Origin: Octopus sinensis
Taxonomy: Eukaryota
Assembly: GCF_006345805.1 (NCBI RefSeq)
Contig: NC_042997.1
Span: 177,940,001 to 178,004,000, forward strand
Direction of reading: 5' to 3'
Length of the DNA: 64,000 bases
The notes beneath the pieces were generated by a model. That model worked only from the letters and a program-made list of their open reading frames with translations, did not search any database and was not told the origin of the DNA. The position numbers and the translations under genes are program-made. Below are positions 35,971 to 48,060 of the stretch, piece by piece (positions within the stretch are counted from its first letter, which is position 1; each line of letters begins with the position of its first letter).

Positions 35971-36480
35971 TACAGGCATGGTTGAGTGGTAAGAAGCTTG
36001 CTTTCTAACCACATGGATCCAAGTTCAGTCCCACTGAGTGGCACCTTGGGCAAGTGTCTTCTACTATAGCCTTGGGCCGACCAAAGCCTTGTGAGTGGGT
36101 TTGGTAGACAGAAACTGAACTCTTTCACCACAACTTCCTCTCACTCTTTCTTCCTACTTCTGCCACAAAGCAGAGGAGCCATGGTGTAACCCACTATGGT
36201 GTGGTAAACTTTCAGACCCTAGTCTGGATTGCGAATCCGCTGTACCCCTGGATGGTTCAGCTCTCCACTCGTTAAAAGCCACCGTTTATGGAATGAGGAT
36301 AAAAACGTAGCTTTCACACCCGTGCAACCCCACCAGTCTATTGCGTGTGGTAGGTGGATCTTCAAGTTGTTGCATGCATTCTTAGTAGCTTAGAGTAGGC
36401 TCAAATTAGAGATTATTCTTTGTAGCTAATGGTACGAGTCCTGATTAGAAGAAGGAGGAGGAGACAAAGAAGAAGAAGAT
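35971..36480 (+). mobile_element. Chimeric SINE: family-A head fused to a family-D body segment and a third 3' module with (GAA)-rich tail
   Basis: Junction gacagaaactgaa|ctctttcaccacaacttcctctcactc at about 36120. Confidence 0.55.
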
Positions 36481-37524
36481 GACGATGACGACAATGACAT
36501 TTGCACGCAGACAAATATACTAGCAACAGATAAAGTGGTCTTTTTAAAGAAGCCCACTTTTGCTTCTGTCATTACATAAACAGAATTTTAGATTTCAAGA
36601 AGTCATCATCATCATAAAAAAAAAAAAAGCAAAAATTATCATAAAGAATTGTGTAAAACCAGCCATCTTCTCTTTGTCCCAGAATAGAAATGAAGGTGGT
36701 AGTTTTCAATTATCATTGAAATAACAGAAGTGCTAAAAGAAATGTTATGAAAAAATCTGTCATTTGAGAAGGGTAAATTTTATGGTACAGTTTGCTGTAA
36801 TTTCAAGACAGAAGACAAATAAAACACTGGTTGAAGTAGACATACTTTTTCCCATACACTTGTGCCTCAGTATATGGAGTATCTACGACAATAATACTCT
36901 TGTGTATTTCTCCGTCACAACAATATGAATGAGAAAGGAAGGGGTGATAGACGAATAAGGAAGGAAGGAGTGATGGTAAAATTGGTAGTGTGATGATGGA
37001 AGTTCTACGGTGAAAACAAAAATCAAACAGCGTTTCAACTCTGCATGAGTATATGTGTGTGTATGTAAAAGGGAGTCATGTGAATGTATGTGTGTGTGTG
37101 TGTGTGTGTGTGCAATAGAAGTGGGATGGTGAACATTCAACGTTAAAAAGAAAAATCAAACAGCGTTTCAATTCTGTTTGAATATGTGTATGTATTTGTG
37201 TGTGTGTGTACAAGAGAAGTAAGTGAATTTTTGTATCTGATTATATTTTGTAATATATAAAATACTACAATTAATTGTCATTTTTGATGGCACGGGGCCA
37301 GCTAGTAGAAATATAAGGATGATGCTCAGAGACAATGAAAATAATGTGGACCAGTGACTGGTTTGCAGAATGGATGGGTAGTTAATGCAGGAGTGACAAA
37401 AGGTGAAATATGGTCAAGAGAAGTCAAGATGGATTTGCAGGTCATAATGACTCCAAAGTCACAAAGAGTTTTGCTCAGCTGAATGAGACTGATGGTGCAA
37501 GGCTAAAGGCCTCATTGTTACATG

Positions 37525-37690
37525 TATCATCATCATCATCGTTTAAGATCCGTTTTCCGTGCTAGCATGGGTTGGACGGTTCAACTGGGGTCTGGGAAGC
37601 CAGGAGGCTGCAGCAGGCTCCAGTCTGATCTGGCAGTGTTTCTACAGCTGGATGCCCTTCCTAATGCCAACCACTCCGTGAGTGTAGTGG
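37525..37690 (-). mobile_element. Repeat family C
   Basis: Match to family C. Confidence 0.8.
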
Positions 37691-38146
37691 TATGATAGTA
37701 AAAAAACCATTTAATTGTTTTTTGTCATAAAGAAGATGAAATGCTAGGACAGAAAAAGAGGAAGGAAAGCAGAGAAAAGCAGTAGGTCTCAGCTTCCAGA
37801 TAACCATTAGTCACATCTCTGGAAATAGTAAATGATGTTGGCTCATGCCTGGTCCTAAGAAGCAAATGAGCATGCACACTATCTTTTGATGGTAGCAACT
37901 AGAAGCACAACTCCATCATTATATGATGAGAGGGAGGAGCTGGAAGCTGGAGAAGACAAGTAATAGAGTAAGTGTGAAGAGAAAATCCCAAGCCAAAAAG
38001 GGGATAAAAAATAGGGTTCCTTCAAATAGAATACAAGAAAAGAAATTGGGCCACTGATATCAACCATTAGGTGCAAAGTGAGCTTCTTAACCACATAGTC
38101 ATGAAATGTAAAAATTTGCTTCAAAATATGTTGGCCATTTCCTTAC

Positions 38147-38319
38147 CTCTTTACTACTATGGTTTCATCCATTTCATATTCCCTGGATTTTTTACTGTTT
38201 TTTAAGTGGGTTTTCAGAGATTTTTCCAACCATATTTGAAACCATTCCAATTCCCAACGGTCAGATTTTGAACTTAACAGTTGGTTGAAATACTGCAGTT
38301 GGTTAGTAAAATATTTTTT
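38147..38319 (-). CDS. Internal coding exon (173 nt, phase 0-2): KKYFTNQLQYFNQLLSSKSDRWELEWFQIWLEKSLKTHLKNSKKSREYEMDETIVVK
   Basis: Acceptor ttgtttttattgcag|AAA and donor AG|gtaagg; lies in ORF 38143-38424. Confidence 0.8.
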
Positions 38320-38487
38320 CTGCAATAAAAACAACAGCAACAATAAAAATAACATAACGAATCGCTTATCTATGGCATTCTCATAACAAACTGTAATTGA
38401 CTGTATGAGATTATTACAGAACACTACACCTGATATGATTCAATAGCAAACAAAATGCTGAAATTTTGTTTTAACATCTAAATACAT

Positions 38488-38718
38488 ATTTCCTTACTGC
38501 CCACAAGGGGCTAAACACTGAGAGGACAAACAAGGACAGACAAACGGATTAAGTCGATTACATCAACCCCAGTGCGTAACTGGTACTTAATTTATCAACC
38601 TCGAAAGGATGAAAGGCAAAGTCGACCTCGGCGGAATTTGAACTCAGAACGTAACGGCAGACAAAATATGGCTACGCATTTTGCCCGGCATGCTTACGTT
38701 TCTGCCAGCTCGCCGCCT
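38488..38718 (-). mobile_element. SINE family B with TSD, in the short intron between two coding exons
   Basis: TSD tttaacatctaaataca on both sides. Confidence 0.9.
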
Positions 38719-38746
38719 TTTAACATCTAAATACAGTCAACTTTAC

Positions 38747-38827
38747 CTGTTCTTCAAGACGTTTCTCGAGTTCCTTGGTTGCCTCATTTACTTCATTTGT
38801 AGAAATGGCTTTTACCCTAGATGGTTC
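38747..38827 (-). CDS. Internal coding exon (81 nt, phase 0-0): EPSRVKAISTNEVNEATKELEKRLEEQ
   Basis: Acceptor ctgttttatatcacag|GAA and donor CAG|gtaaag; open frame, coiled-coil-like. Confidence 0.8.
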
Positions 38828-39150
38828 CTGTGATATAAAACAGCAGTAACAATAATGATACAAGACTATAATGACTGATATTCAGTCAATTCAGAGTGTT
38901 AAGTTAGAAATAAAGAATACGAAAAACACACAAAACAGTTCAACACATGCCAGCATGGAAAACAGACTTTAAATTATGATGATGATGATGATGATGATGA
39001 AAAACAGAGCATTTTAATATCAGCTTTCTACGTTTTGTGTTCAAATCTTATTGAAGCCAACAGTTTTTTTTTTACTTAAGGTGAATCAAAGAAGGTCAAA
39101 ATTTAAAGGATTGAAGCAGGAATATTCAGTAATCAGTTCATTATATCTGA

Positions 39151-39458
39151 CTAGCAGTATCGCCCGGCGTTGCTCGGGTTTGTAAGGGAAATAACTATAT
39201 AAGTATTTTTAGAGAGTTACTTCCCTTATATAAATCAAGCAAAAAATGCACTAAAAATGCAAAAAAATGAAGGTAAATTTTTTTATCATTGTAGACTCAT
39301 CGTAGACGTGCGCTAATACCCAGAAGGGCTCAATATGAATCACAACTATAAGATAGCCGCTTTTGCTTAAACTGCACTGCAAAATGTGGGAGTAGTTAGG
39401 AATCTAAATCGGAGTAGACAGACTCTCACACGCACAACTTCAGTTTTATATATAAAGA
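39151..39458 (-). mobile_element. Non-autonomous Helitron, copy 1
   Basis: 5' A|TC start, 3' CTAG|T end, subterminal cccg-agcaacgc-cggg hairpin, no TSD. Confidence 0.8.
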
Positions 39459-39825
39459 TATTGGGATGCACTAGAATATTACCCATGTGACTGAAAAAAT
39501 CTGACCATTTGAAATTTCAGATGGAACTGACTCCAGCAACAATTTAATCTCTTAGTATACTTCTTTCTGAGCCTAACCATCAGTATAAATTCAGAACACC
39601 TTAGCTATTTAGACAGAAAGCATTGAGAGCAGCAGAGACTGACAAACAGACGTAGACAACTGCTGACCCAAGTTGACAGTGGCTAAACAATGAATGGATG
39701 GCAACAGCAAGAGCAGTACCACCTAGCCACATTCTGATTGCTGCTACAATCGCACCAAGAACAATAATATTCAAACTCTCTTGGTGTTTTGTCATTCATA
39801 GTAATGACAGTAAAAAGAATAAATA

Positions 39826-40338
39826 TCTATATATATAAAACTGTAGTTGTGTGAGTGTCTGTCCCCTTCGATTTAGATTCCTAACTACTCCCACATTTTG
39901 CGGTGCAGTTTAACCAAATTTGGGTATCTTATAGTCGTGATTCATATCGAGCCTGTCTAGGTATTAGCGCGCGTCTACGATGAGTCTACGATTTTAAAAA
40001 TAATTTAACATCATTTTTTATTCCATTTTAATACATATTTTTTCGTGTGTCGATGGCAGCGGAGTTGGCGTCCATGGTCACACCTGCACCTGTTTGCTTC
40101 TCCCCCTTCTTCCCTCCCTCGTGAAGCTGTGGGGAAGGGAGTGTAAGGAAATCAACGTCGTAAAGCGTTGTCAAGGAGACCAGCGTTCTTTTAGAACAAC
40201 GACTTCATGGCTTGAAGACACCAAAACAGAAATGGCTAAGAAAGCCCGAATTGGCATCTATAAGGGAAGTAACTCTCTAAAAATGCTTATATAGTTATTT
40301 TCCTTACAAACCCGAGCAACGCCGGGCGATACTGCTAG
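39826..40338 (+). mobile_element. Non-autonomous Helitron, copy 2, with an extra ~200-bp internal segment
   Basis: A|TCTATATATATAAAA start and gcaacgccgggcgatactgCTAG|T end; inverted relative to copy 1. Confidence 0.8.
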
Positions 40339-40939
40339 TTTATCATAAATCTTAATGGATATCAGGACCCACTTCTTTGTAACAGGGTCCTTGAGGCTGA
40401 TGGGAGGATAGGAAGAGAAGCAGGTACCATGATGATTATTTTTGATTTTTTAGTCAAGATAGAAGGCAGTGCCAGTGATTCTTTACAGGGTACCCCAGGT
40501 GGAAGGAAGGTGACCTCAAATTTGAGACCTGGTTCAAACATTTGCAACTGAGTGGATTTTACAAAAAGTACCCAAGATGTCAGGTGGTGGTGTGCAATGG
40601 ATAAAGTCTTACTATTCAAGTAAGCTATGAAGGGATTTGAATTCAGAACACAAAATGCTGGAACAAATCCACTAGGAAATAAGAGCATTGCTGTTCACTT
40701 GAAGCATTGTAGTACTGAAGAAGGGAAAGAAAAGGGGAAAGTAAGAAAGCACCTGACAATGTTGAAAGTTTTATAAAAACCTTTATATTTCAGGTGCAAA
40801 GGTCCATCCTCAGAAGGAAACAGTCTGGAAAATGTCCAGTTACACAGGTTCTGTTACCTTCAGGCATTGGATCCAACTTTCTTACATCATCATTGTTTAA
40901 TGTTCTCATGAGTCAGACAATTTTGTTGAGTTAGATTTT

Positions 40940-41900
40940 TTATAGATCTATCTTAATACTTGGAAATACATTACAGTGTGTTCCATTTCCAAAAAGGGCA
41001 ACTTACTGACTTCACAAACTATGGTCCAGTTGCTCTTAATTTGGACATCTCTTAATGTGATGGGAACCGTTACTTTCTTAATAACCACTGGTATGTAATC
41101 ACGAAGTCAGAACCACTGGCGATCTATTCTTCTATATTATTCCTCAGCGGACCTTACCCTTGAAAACTTCATCAAGAACAGCGTTGTCTCACTTAACAAC
41201 AATCAAGAATTCAACAGTATTTGCCATATAAATCTCCTGTCTATCTATGTGCTCTGTCCATCTCCTGTCTCTTGGATCAGAAGCTTTCAGTACGATCATG
41301 TCATATGTATGTACTCACAGATATGTACTGATGAAGCTCTTTCTGATCCATACTCTATCAATGTAAGAGTTTTTCAAGGTTTGGATATGTCCCCAATATT
41401 TTCCTCCCATGCTTCAATGACCTATATATCATCACCTTCAACATCACCAACTTTTGTGCAATTGATTGATATCACTCTTCATTCCCCTCTAAACTTTTGC
41501 ACTTAAGCATCATCCACAAGGAGCCTAGTCACTTCATGCCAAATCTACACTGATTCCATGTCATCTCAAAAACATTCTCCAATGGGGCTTTGCCAATCTT
41601 GTCTCCTTCAACTAGTCAGACACATTCACTCCACTTCACACACACGCACACACACACACACACACACAAAAGACTATTGAACCCACCTTCCTAAACATGA
41701 ACAAATGGATGTTTTAAGGCTGCAACAAATGATAAGGACAGGCCTCAACATCACTGAAGATCTCTCCTGACAATCACATACCCTCAAGATTCCAAAGACT
41801 GAGTCAAAGATGCTGGTTTTCTCATACAGGGCCAGAAAATACTTCATCTTCAATTAATTACAAACCCATGTACAAAGCTCAAATGAGATCCACAATAAAC
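40940..41900 (+). mobile_element. Heavily decayed LINE RT fragment
   Basis: Degenerate PKKG...NYRPVAL-like and ..AF.T-like motifs; many stops. Confidence 0.45.
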
Positions 41901-41951
41901 TACCACTACCACCTCAACTTCTGGAATGGTATTGTTGTTTCACATATTTAT

Positions 41952-42158
41952 TTCTTTACTACCCACAAGGGGCTAAACACAGAGGGGACAAACAAAGGGA
42001 TTAAGTCGATTATATCGACCTCAGTGTAACTGGTACTTAATTTATCGACCCCGAGAGGATGAAAGGCAAAGTCGACCTCGGCGGAATTTGAACTCAGAAC
42101 GTAACAACAGACGAAATACGGCTACGCATTTCGCCCGGCGTGCTAACGTTTCTGCCAA
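41952..42158 (-). mobile_element. SINE family B
   Basis: Match to family B. Confidence 0.85.
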
Positions 42159-42489
42159 AGCCATATCTAAAGAAAGGTTCTAAACTGATTGCCTTGAAAT
42201 CACTCAAAAAGACTCCAGCATCTGGTCTACCTCGTCTTTTTACCTTTTCTGCACCCACTATTGTGGCCTCTGATCTTTGGAGTTAACTTGTCTCATGCAT
42301 CTTTGATTCTGGTACTTCTGAATTCACTCATCGCACCCTGTCTCATCACCACATCCAGACTCTAACCATTATCGCCAATTCTGTTACCCCAGAACATTTC
42401 CCTGGGATCTTTTTCCTATCCTTCCCTATGTTTTTCCATGCAACTGCTCATGTTCCACATTACATGTTAGCTCATCAATTTTAGATGAC

Positions 42490-42960
42490 TGGGAACAGCA
42501 ATGAGCTACTAGAATTGTTAATACACTGGACAAAATGCTGCTTAGCATTTTGTCCATCTTTACCTTCTGAGTTCAAATTTCACTGAGATCGACTTTGCCT
42601 TTCATCCTTTCAGGGTCGACAAAATAAGTACCAGACTGGGGTCAAGGTAATAAGCTATAAGGTGACGAGCTGGCAGAACCGTTAGCACGCCGGATGAAAT
42701 GCTTAGCCGGTATTACGTCTACTGCTACGTTCTGAGTTCAAATTCTGCCGAGGTCAACTTTGCATTTCATCCTTCCGGGGTCGATTAAATAAGGACCAGT
42801 TATGCACTGGGGTCGATATAATCGATTTAATCCGTTTGTCTGTCCTTGTTTGTCCTCTCTGTGTTTAGCCCCTTGTGGGTAGTAAAGAAATAGGTAATAA
42901 GCTATCCCAATCTCACCAAATTTTAGACCTTGTGCTTATTGTAGAAAAGAATCTTAGATG
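42490..42960 (+). mobile_element. Short family-B SINE with a younger family-B copy (42660-42898) nested in its tail
   Basis: TSD ggtaataagcta flanks the inner copy. Confidence 0.8.
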
Positions 42961-43203
42961 ACCAGCGTGAAAGTAATAAACATAGCCCTTCCTTTTGATA
43001 AAACCAAAACAAAAACAAGGAGTCGATGGGGAAGTATAATCAATTGTATCGACCTTGGTATTATAGTGTATTGAATCCACATTGAATGCAGTTGGATTTA
43101 AACTCAGAAATTAACCAAATGTCTCATGTCCATTTTCTCTGTCAAGTCAGTCAGTTTGTTGTAATTATAGAAATATTTTATAGAAACATTGAGAAGACTT
43201 CAC

Positions 43204-43275
43204 CCGATCAGTCATTGTTGTGTTAGATTTGCTGAATTTTTCAAGTTCAATATTAGATATAGCATTCTTCAGGCT
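43204..43275 (-). CDS. Probable internal coding exon (72 nt, phase 0-0): SLKNAISNIELEKFSKSNTTMTDR
   Basis: Acceptor gttctcatttacgttgcag|AGC and a weak donor CGG|gtgaag; open frame, phase-compatible. Confidence 0.55.
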
Positions 43276-43469
43276 CTGCAACGTAAATGAGAACAAGGTT
43301 GCTCAGTAAAAAGAAATTCCATAGACCATTATTTCATAAAAAAAAAACAACAAAAAAACAACAAAAAAAAACAAAAACAAATAAAAGCAAACAAACAAAC
43401 AAAAGAAGCCTTCCTACAATAGGAACAAGGCTTAAATTTTGGTGGAGAGGATTAGGTGATTAAAATGAC

Positions 43470-43630
43470 CCTAACAACAACAACAACAAGAGTAGCAGTA
43501 GCAACAACAACAGCAACAGAAGCAGCAGCAACAACAACAGCAGCAGCAGCAGCAGCATCATCATCATCATCATCATCATCACCATCACCACCACCACCAC
43601 CACCACCACCACCACCACCACCACCACCAC
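43470..43630. repeat. Compound trinucleotide microsatellite CAA>CAG>CAT>CAC
   Basis: Seen directly. Confidence 0.9.
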
Positions 43631-44065
43631 ATAAACTTCTCTGTTATGTAGAGAGCTAGTTTATTAGGATTAAGAGACAGCAAGAGTCTGAAGAAAGGTG
43701 CTGGATACTTAAGGTCATGGCATGTGATTTGCTATCTGGCAGAACGAACTGACATTAATACTAAAGACTCAGAGATAAGGACAAATAGTGAATAAAGAAT
43801 TCCTTAAAACACTTTGTAGAGAATTGCAACTGCCTAAGATCCTTATTGTCAGTGGAAGGAACACTGTTGAATTGACGACTGTTTTGTTAACTTTGAGGAC
43901 TCAATGAGACTCCCTTTGCAAGCATAGCAATGTGACTCTGTAAGAGTCTGACTCCTCCAAGCCAACTTAGTTCTCTTCAATTCATAAAAAAGAAGGTCTT
44001 CGGTAGTTAAGATCCAATGTGTATTGGTTCTCCTCATTACAGCCACAATTGCTTGTGGCTGTGGT

Positions 44066-44885
44066 GTGCAGGAGTGGCTGTGTGGTAAGTAGCTTGCTTA
44101 CCAACCACATGGTTCCAGGTTCAGTCCCACTGCGTGGCACCTTGGGCAAGTGTCTTCTACTATAGCCTCGGGCCAACCAAAGCCTTGTGAGTGGATTTGG
44201 TAGACGGAAACTGAAAGATGCCCGTCGTATACATGTATATATATATATATATGTGTGTGTGTGCGTGTGTGTTTGTGTGTCTGTGTTTGTCCCCCTAGCA
44301 TTGCTTGACAACCGATGCTAGTGTGTTTATGTCCCTGTCACTTTGCAGTTCGCAAAAGAGACCGATAGAATAAGTACTGGGCTTACAAAGAATAAATCCT
44401 GGGGTCGATTTGATCAACTAAAGGCGGTGCTTTAGCATGTCCGCAGTCAAATGACTGAAACAAGTAAAAGAGAAAAAAAGAAAGAGGAGTGGCTGCGTGG
44501 TAAGTAGCTTGCTAACCAACCACATGGTTTCGGGTTCAGTCCCATTGCGTGGCATCTTGGGCAAGTGTCTTCTGCTATAGCCCTGAGCCGACCAAAGCCT
44601 TGTGAGTGGATTTGGTAGACGGAAACTGAAAGAAGCCTGTCGTATATATGTATATATATATATATGTGTGTGTGTGTTTGTGTGTCTGTGTTTGTCCCCC
44701 TAGCATTGCTTGACAATCGATGCTGGTGTGTTTACGTCCCCGTCACTTAGCAGTTCGGCAAAAGAGACCGATAGAATATGTACTGGGCTTACAAAGAATA
44801 AGTCCTGGGGTCGATTTGCTCGACTAAAGGCGGTGCTCCAGCATGGCCACAGTCAAATGACTGAAACAAGTAAAAGAGTAAAAAA
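44066..44885 (+). mobile_element. Two tandem SINE family A copies (44066-44475 and 44486-44885)
   Basis: Two full-length matches. Confidence 0.9.
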
Positions 44886-45099
44886 GAGTAAACATGAAAT
44901 AATGGTTCAATTTGTACTGATATGATTGAGTTTTAAAACCAAGGATTAGAAGAAAAAGAAAATCACCAAATAATAACTATTTGACACGGTGCTGTTATTC
45001 TAATTGCAGTTGATGTTTAGTTCCAGGTTAGTACTGAATGAACAAATCTGAGCAAAGGTAAAAGTTACCCTCTCGAGTCATACTGACCCACAAAGGACG

Positions 45100-45513
45100 T
45101 GTAGTGATGCTACTGTGTAGGGTTCAGCGCGCATGCGCAGAATGGGACTACTTCCGGGTGGCCACCGGAAGTCTTCCCCATGCGCATGTGCGGGAAACGT
45201 TCCCTTAGGCCCGCCAAACTCAAATCCTCCTCTCTGGCAAGTCAGCCAACGCGATCGGACGTACATTTCGCAGGCTCTGATAACCTCACCGACTTAGCCG
45301 CCAACGACCATCGAACCTCTTCAACAAACGAACAAGAAGCTGTACATCAGAGGCTGTCCTTCTCCCATCAGACACACGTACGCCATCGCAACAAATAAAC
45401 GAACTGCTGTCTTTTACCTACAACCTGACTTCGTCTGCATTGTCTTACTAAAATTGTATGTGACTGGATCGGATCGACACCCTTTCAGTGAATCGATAAC
45501 AGATCCTGTTACA
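45100..45513 (+). mobile_element. Solo LTR (414 bp) nested in a family-E SINE
   Basis: TGTAG...TTACA termini, 4-bp TSD GACG (45096-45099 and 45514-45517), AATAAA at 45394; the host SINE is rejoined when the LTR is removed. Confidence 0.85.
45129..45192. promoter_or_regulatory. Symmetric NRF1-type / ETS-type motif cassette within the LTR
   Basis: GCGCATGCGC (45129), ACTTCCGG (45150), CCGGAAGT (45165), TGCGCATGTGCG (45181). Confidence 0.5.
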
Positions 45514-45794
45514 GACGGTTTCTCAATTTCATGATGTATATATTCTGCACCTGGATAAAATGCTGGTCTATCGCAGGATTACTCATTTTCACCAGCCAAG
45601 TGGGCTGGAGTAACATGAAGTGAAGTGTCTTGCTCAAGAACACGATGCATCTAATACCCAGTCATAAATCCAATACTTGAACCATTAAACCACACACCTC
45701 CATAGCAGATCTGTGATCAAAAGCATATTAGCCATGATCTCCAGTTTTGATTTTCAGGCATAGTTTACCAAGGACTGCACTGTCTAATATCTCT

Positions 45795-46205
45795 CTCTCT
45801 CTTTTACTCTTTTACTTGTTTCAGTCATTTGACCGTGGCCATGCTGGAGCACTGCCTTTAATCGAGCAACTCGACCCCGGGACTTATTCTTTGTAAGCCC
45901 AGTACTTATTCTATCGGTCTCTTTTTGCCGAACCGCTAAGTGACGGGGACATAAACACACCAGCATTGGTTGTCAAGCAATGCTAGGGGTACAAACACAA
46001 ACATACACACACACACTTATATACATATATATACATATATACGACGGGCTTCTTTCAGTTTCCGTCTACCAAATCCTCTCACAAGGCATTGGTCGGCCCG
46101 AGGCTATAGCAGAAGACACTTGCCCAAGGTGCCACACAGTGGGACTGAACCCGGAACCATGTGGTTGGTAAACAAGCTACTTACCACATAGCCACTCCTG
46201 CGCCT
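45795..46205 (-). mobile_element. SINE family A
   Basis: Full-length reverse-complement match. Confidence 0.9.
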
Positions 46206-46675
46206 ATGTTCAACTCTTTTTTTTGTTTGAAACTTCACACAGGTTGTGGTTTGATAGAGATTTTGCTGCTCTTTCTAGTAAGTTAAGTGATCACACTGAG
46301 GCTCTCTTGTTGACAGATTAGAATCTAGCTTGACTCAGTAATGTGATATTTATATTTGGGGACAGGAATTTGTTTCGAAACTTTATGCAGTCTTTCAGCT
46401 ATTTTCTAGCTTCAGCCATAAGAATGTGGCCATGCTGGTGCTACTCAACCTTCAAGAGTTCTTAGTCAATTATATTTATCACAGTATTTTTTCTGGTATT
46501 TTGACTTGAAAAGAAAAGATGACCTGTTGACATATGGACAGGAGCATAGGAAAGGCTTTAATTTATAATTTCAGATTGATAAACAGTGAGATATATTCAT
46601 GCACTAAAACTGGTAGACAAAGGTAGGGAGTGAATTTAATTGAAATTTAGAAAGCTACAATATGAATGTGTGTGT

Positions 46676-46677
<2 letters not shown>

Positions 46678-46770
<93 letters not shown>
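46678..46770. repeat. (GA)n microsatellite
   Basis: Seen directly. Confidence 0.95.
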
Positions 46771-46773
<3 letters not shown>

Positions 46774-46974
46774 TTACATTGTGTTTTGTATGAAAAAAAA
46801 TTGCCAAAGGTGATGTTTCTGAACATTTCCCTGTCAAAAAACTGTCCGGTAGCTCTGGAAATGAAAACTTGAAAAACAGGTAAGGATTAGTGATAGGAAA
46901 GGCAGTTTGGGTGTAAAACAGTGCCTCGACAATATGTATTCATCTCAGCCAGGGGCTCTCAATCATTTTTTTAC

Positions 46975-47290
46975 AATAATAATGAAATTATTGTATACAG
47001 TGCTCAGGTGCACCACAACTTGTCAAAAAGTGCATATAAAGTATATGCAGTAATGTACAAATGTCTGGAAAGTGAACAGTGTATGAGTCAGATACATGCT
47101 TGCATGTGTATAGAGTGGAGAAAATCAGGTGTAGTGTTGGCGAATCTCAGGAAGCATGGAAGTTTTGAAGGATGCAGTGCTCTGACAACTAACAAGTGAT
47201 GCCGGCAGTTTGTTCCATGCTTCAGCAACTCTTAGCATGAAAAAAATGTTTCCGAAAGTCATGGGAGCTGTGTTGTTTTCTGACTTTATC
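46975..47290 (-). mobile_element. CR1-like LINE 3' fragment
   Basis: Same 3' UTR and terminal ORF segment as the other copies. Confidence 0.9.
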
Positions 47291-47749
47291 TATGGACCCC
47301 TGTAATTACTATCTTATTCTGGTGGACTCCCATTGCCATTCGGTGTTTAAAAACTAGTTTTATAGAAACGTCTTTTAAAATTCCTCTTTTGTTTTTCACA
47401 CATTAACTTGTGTAAGTTGAACCATGTAAAATGTTAGAGGAAGAAACCTAGCTATTTCTTGCAATACATACCAAGACATACATCTAAAGCAAAATTTTTT
47501 CAGGGTCCCTTCAAATTCTATTGTGGATCCCTAATTTACTATTTTGTTACATGGACCCCCCAAAATCTTTATATGGGCCTTCAGGGGCCATGTGAACTCT
47601 GGTTGAGAACCACTGATCTAGATAAATATATATAAAATAAATGAACAAACAATTATCTTCAAATTCACAACACAATATACCCAACCAGTATCAAGACACA
47701 AACATACAATACTCACCTTATAATCTAAACTTTAATATGTCATTCCTAC

Positions 47750-47860
47750 CTTATTATCAGTGTGCATTAACTTAATGCTCTCCTCCAAACGTTCAAGTTT
47801 CAAATCCAATTTCCTTTCTGCAACTGTTAAACGGTTTAGAACATCATCATCAACTGATAC
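47750..47860 (-). CDS. Internal coding exon (111 nt, phase 0-0): VSVDDDVLNRLTVAERKLDLKLERLEESIKLMHTDNK
   Basis: Acceptor gttctttctctgaaaccag|GTA and donor AAG|gtagga; open frame, coiled-coil-like, phase-compatible with neighbouring exons. Confidence 0.75.
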
Positions 47861-48060
47861 CTGGTTTCAGAGAAAGAACACCAAACAGGTATCAGTAGAG
47901 AAATGGTACTACATTGTTTTAAGTTATTCTGCATTGTTTTAAATCATACATCATAGGTCATATATAACTTTGAACAGTACACCACCTTATGCTATATAAG
48001 GTTTATAATATAAACCATTTACTGTCTCAAGCCATGCTTGAACATACAGATTATACTTTG

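Noticed and set aside
40780-40820. Hammerhead-like CTGAGGA...GAAA on the minus strand
   Set aside because: Stem II does not pair and there is no UH triplet after stem III; at best a decayed remnant.
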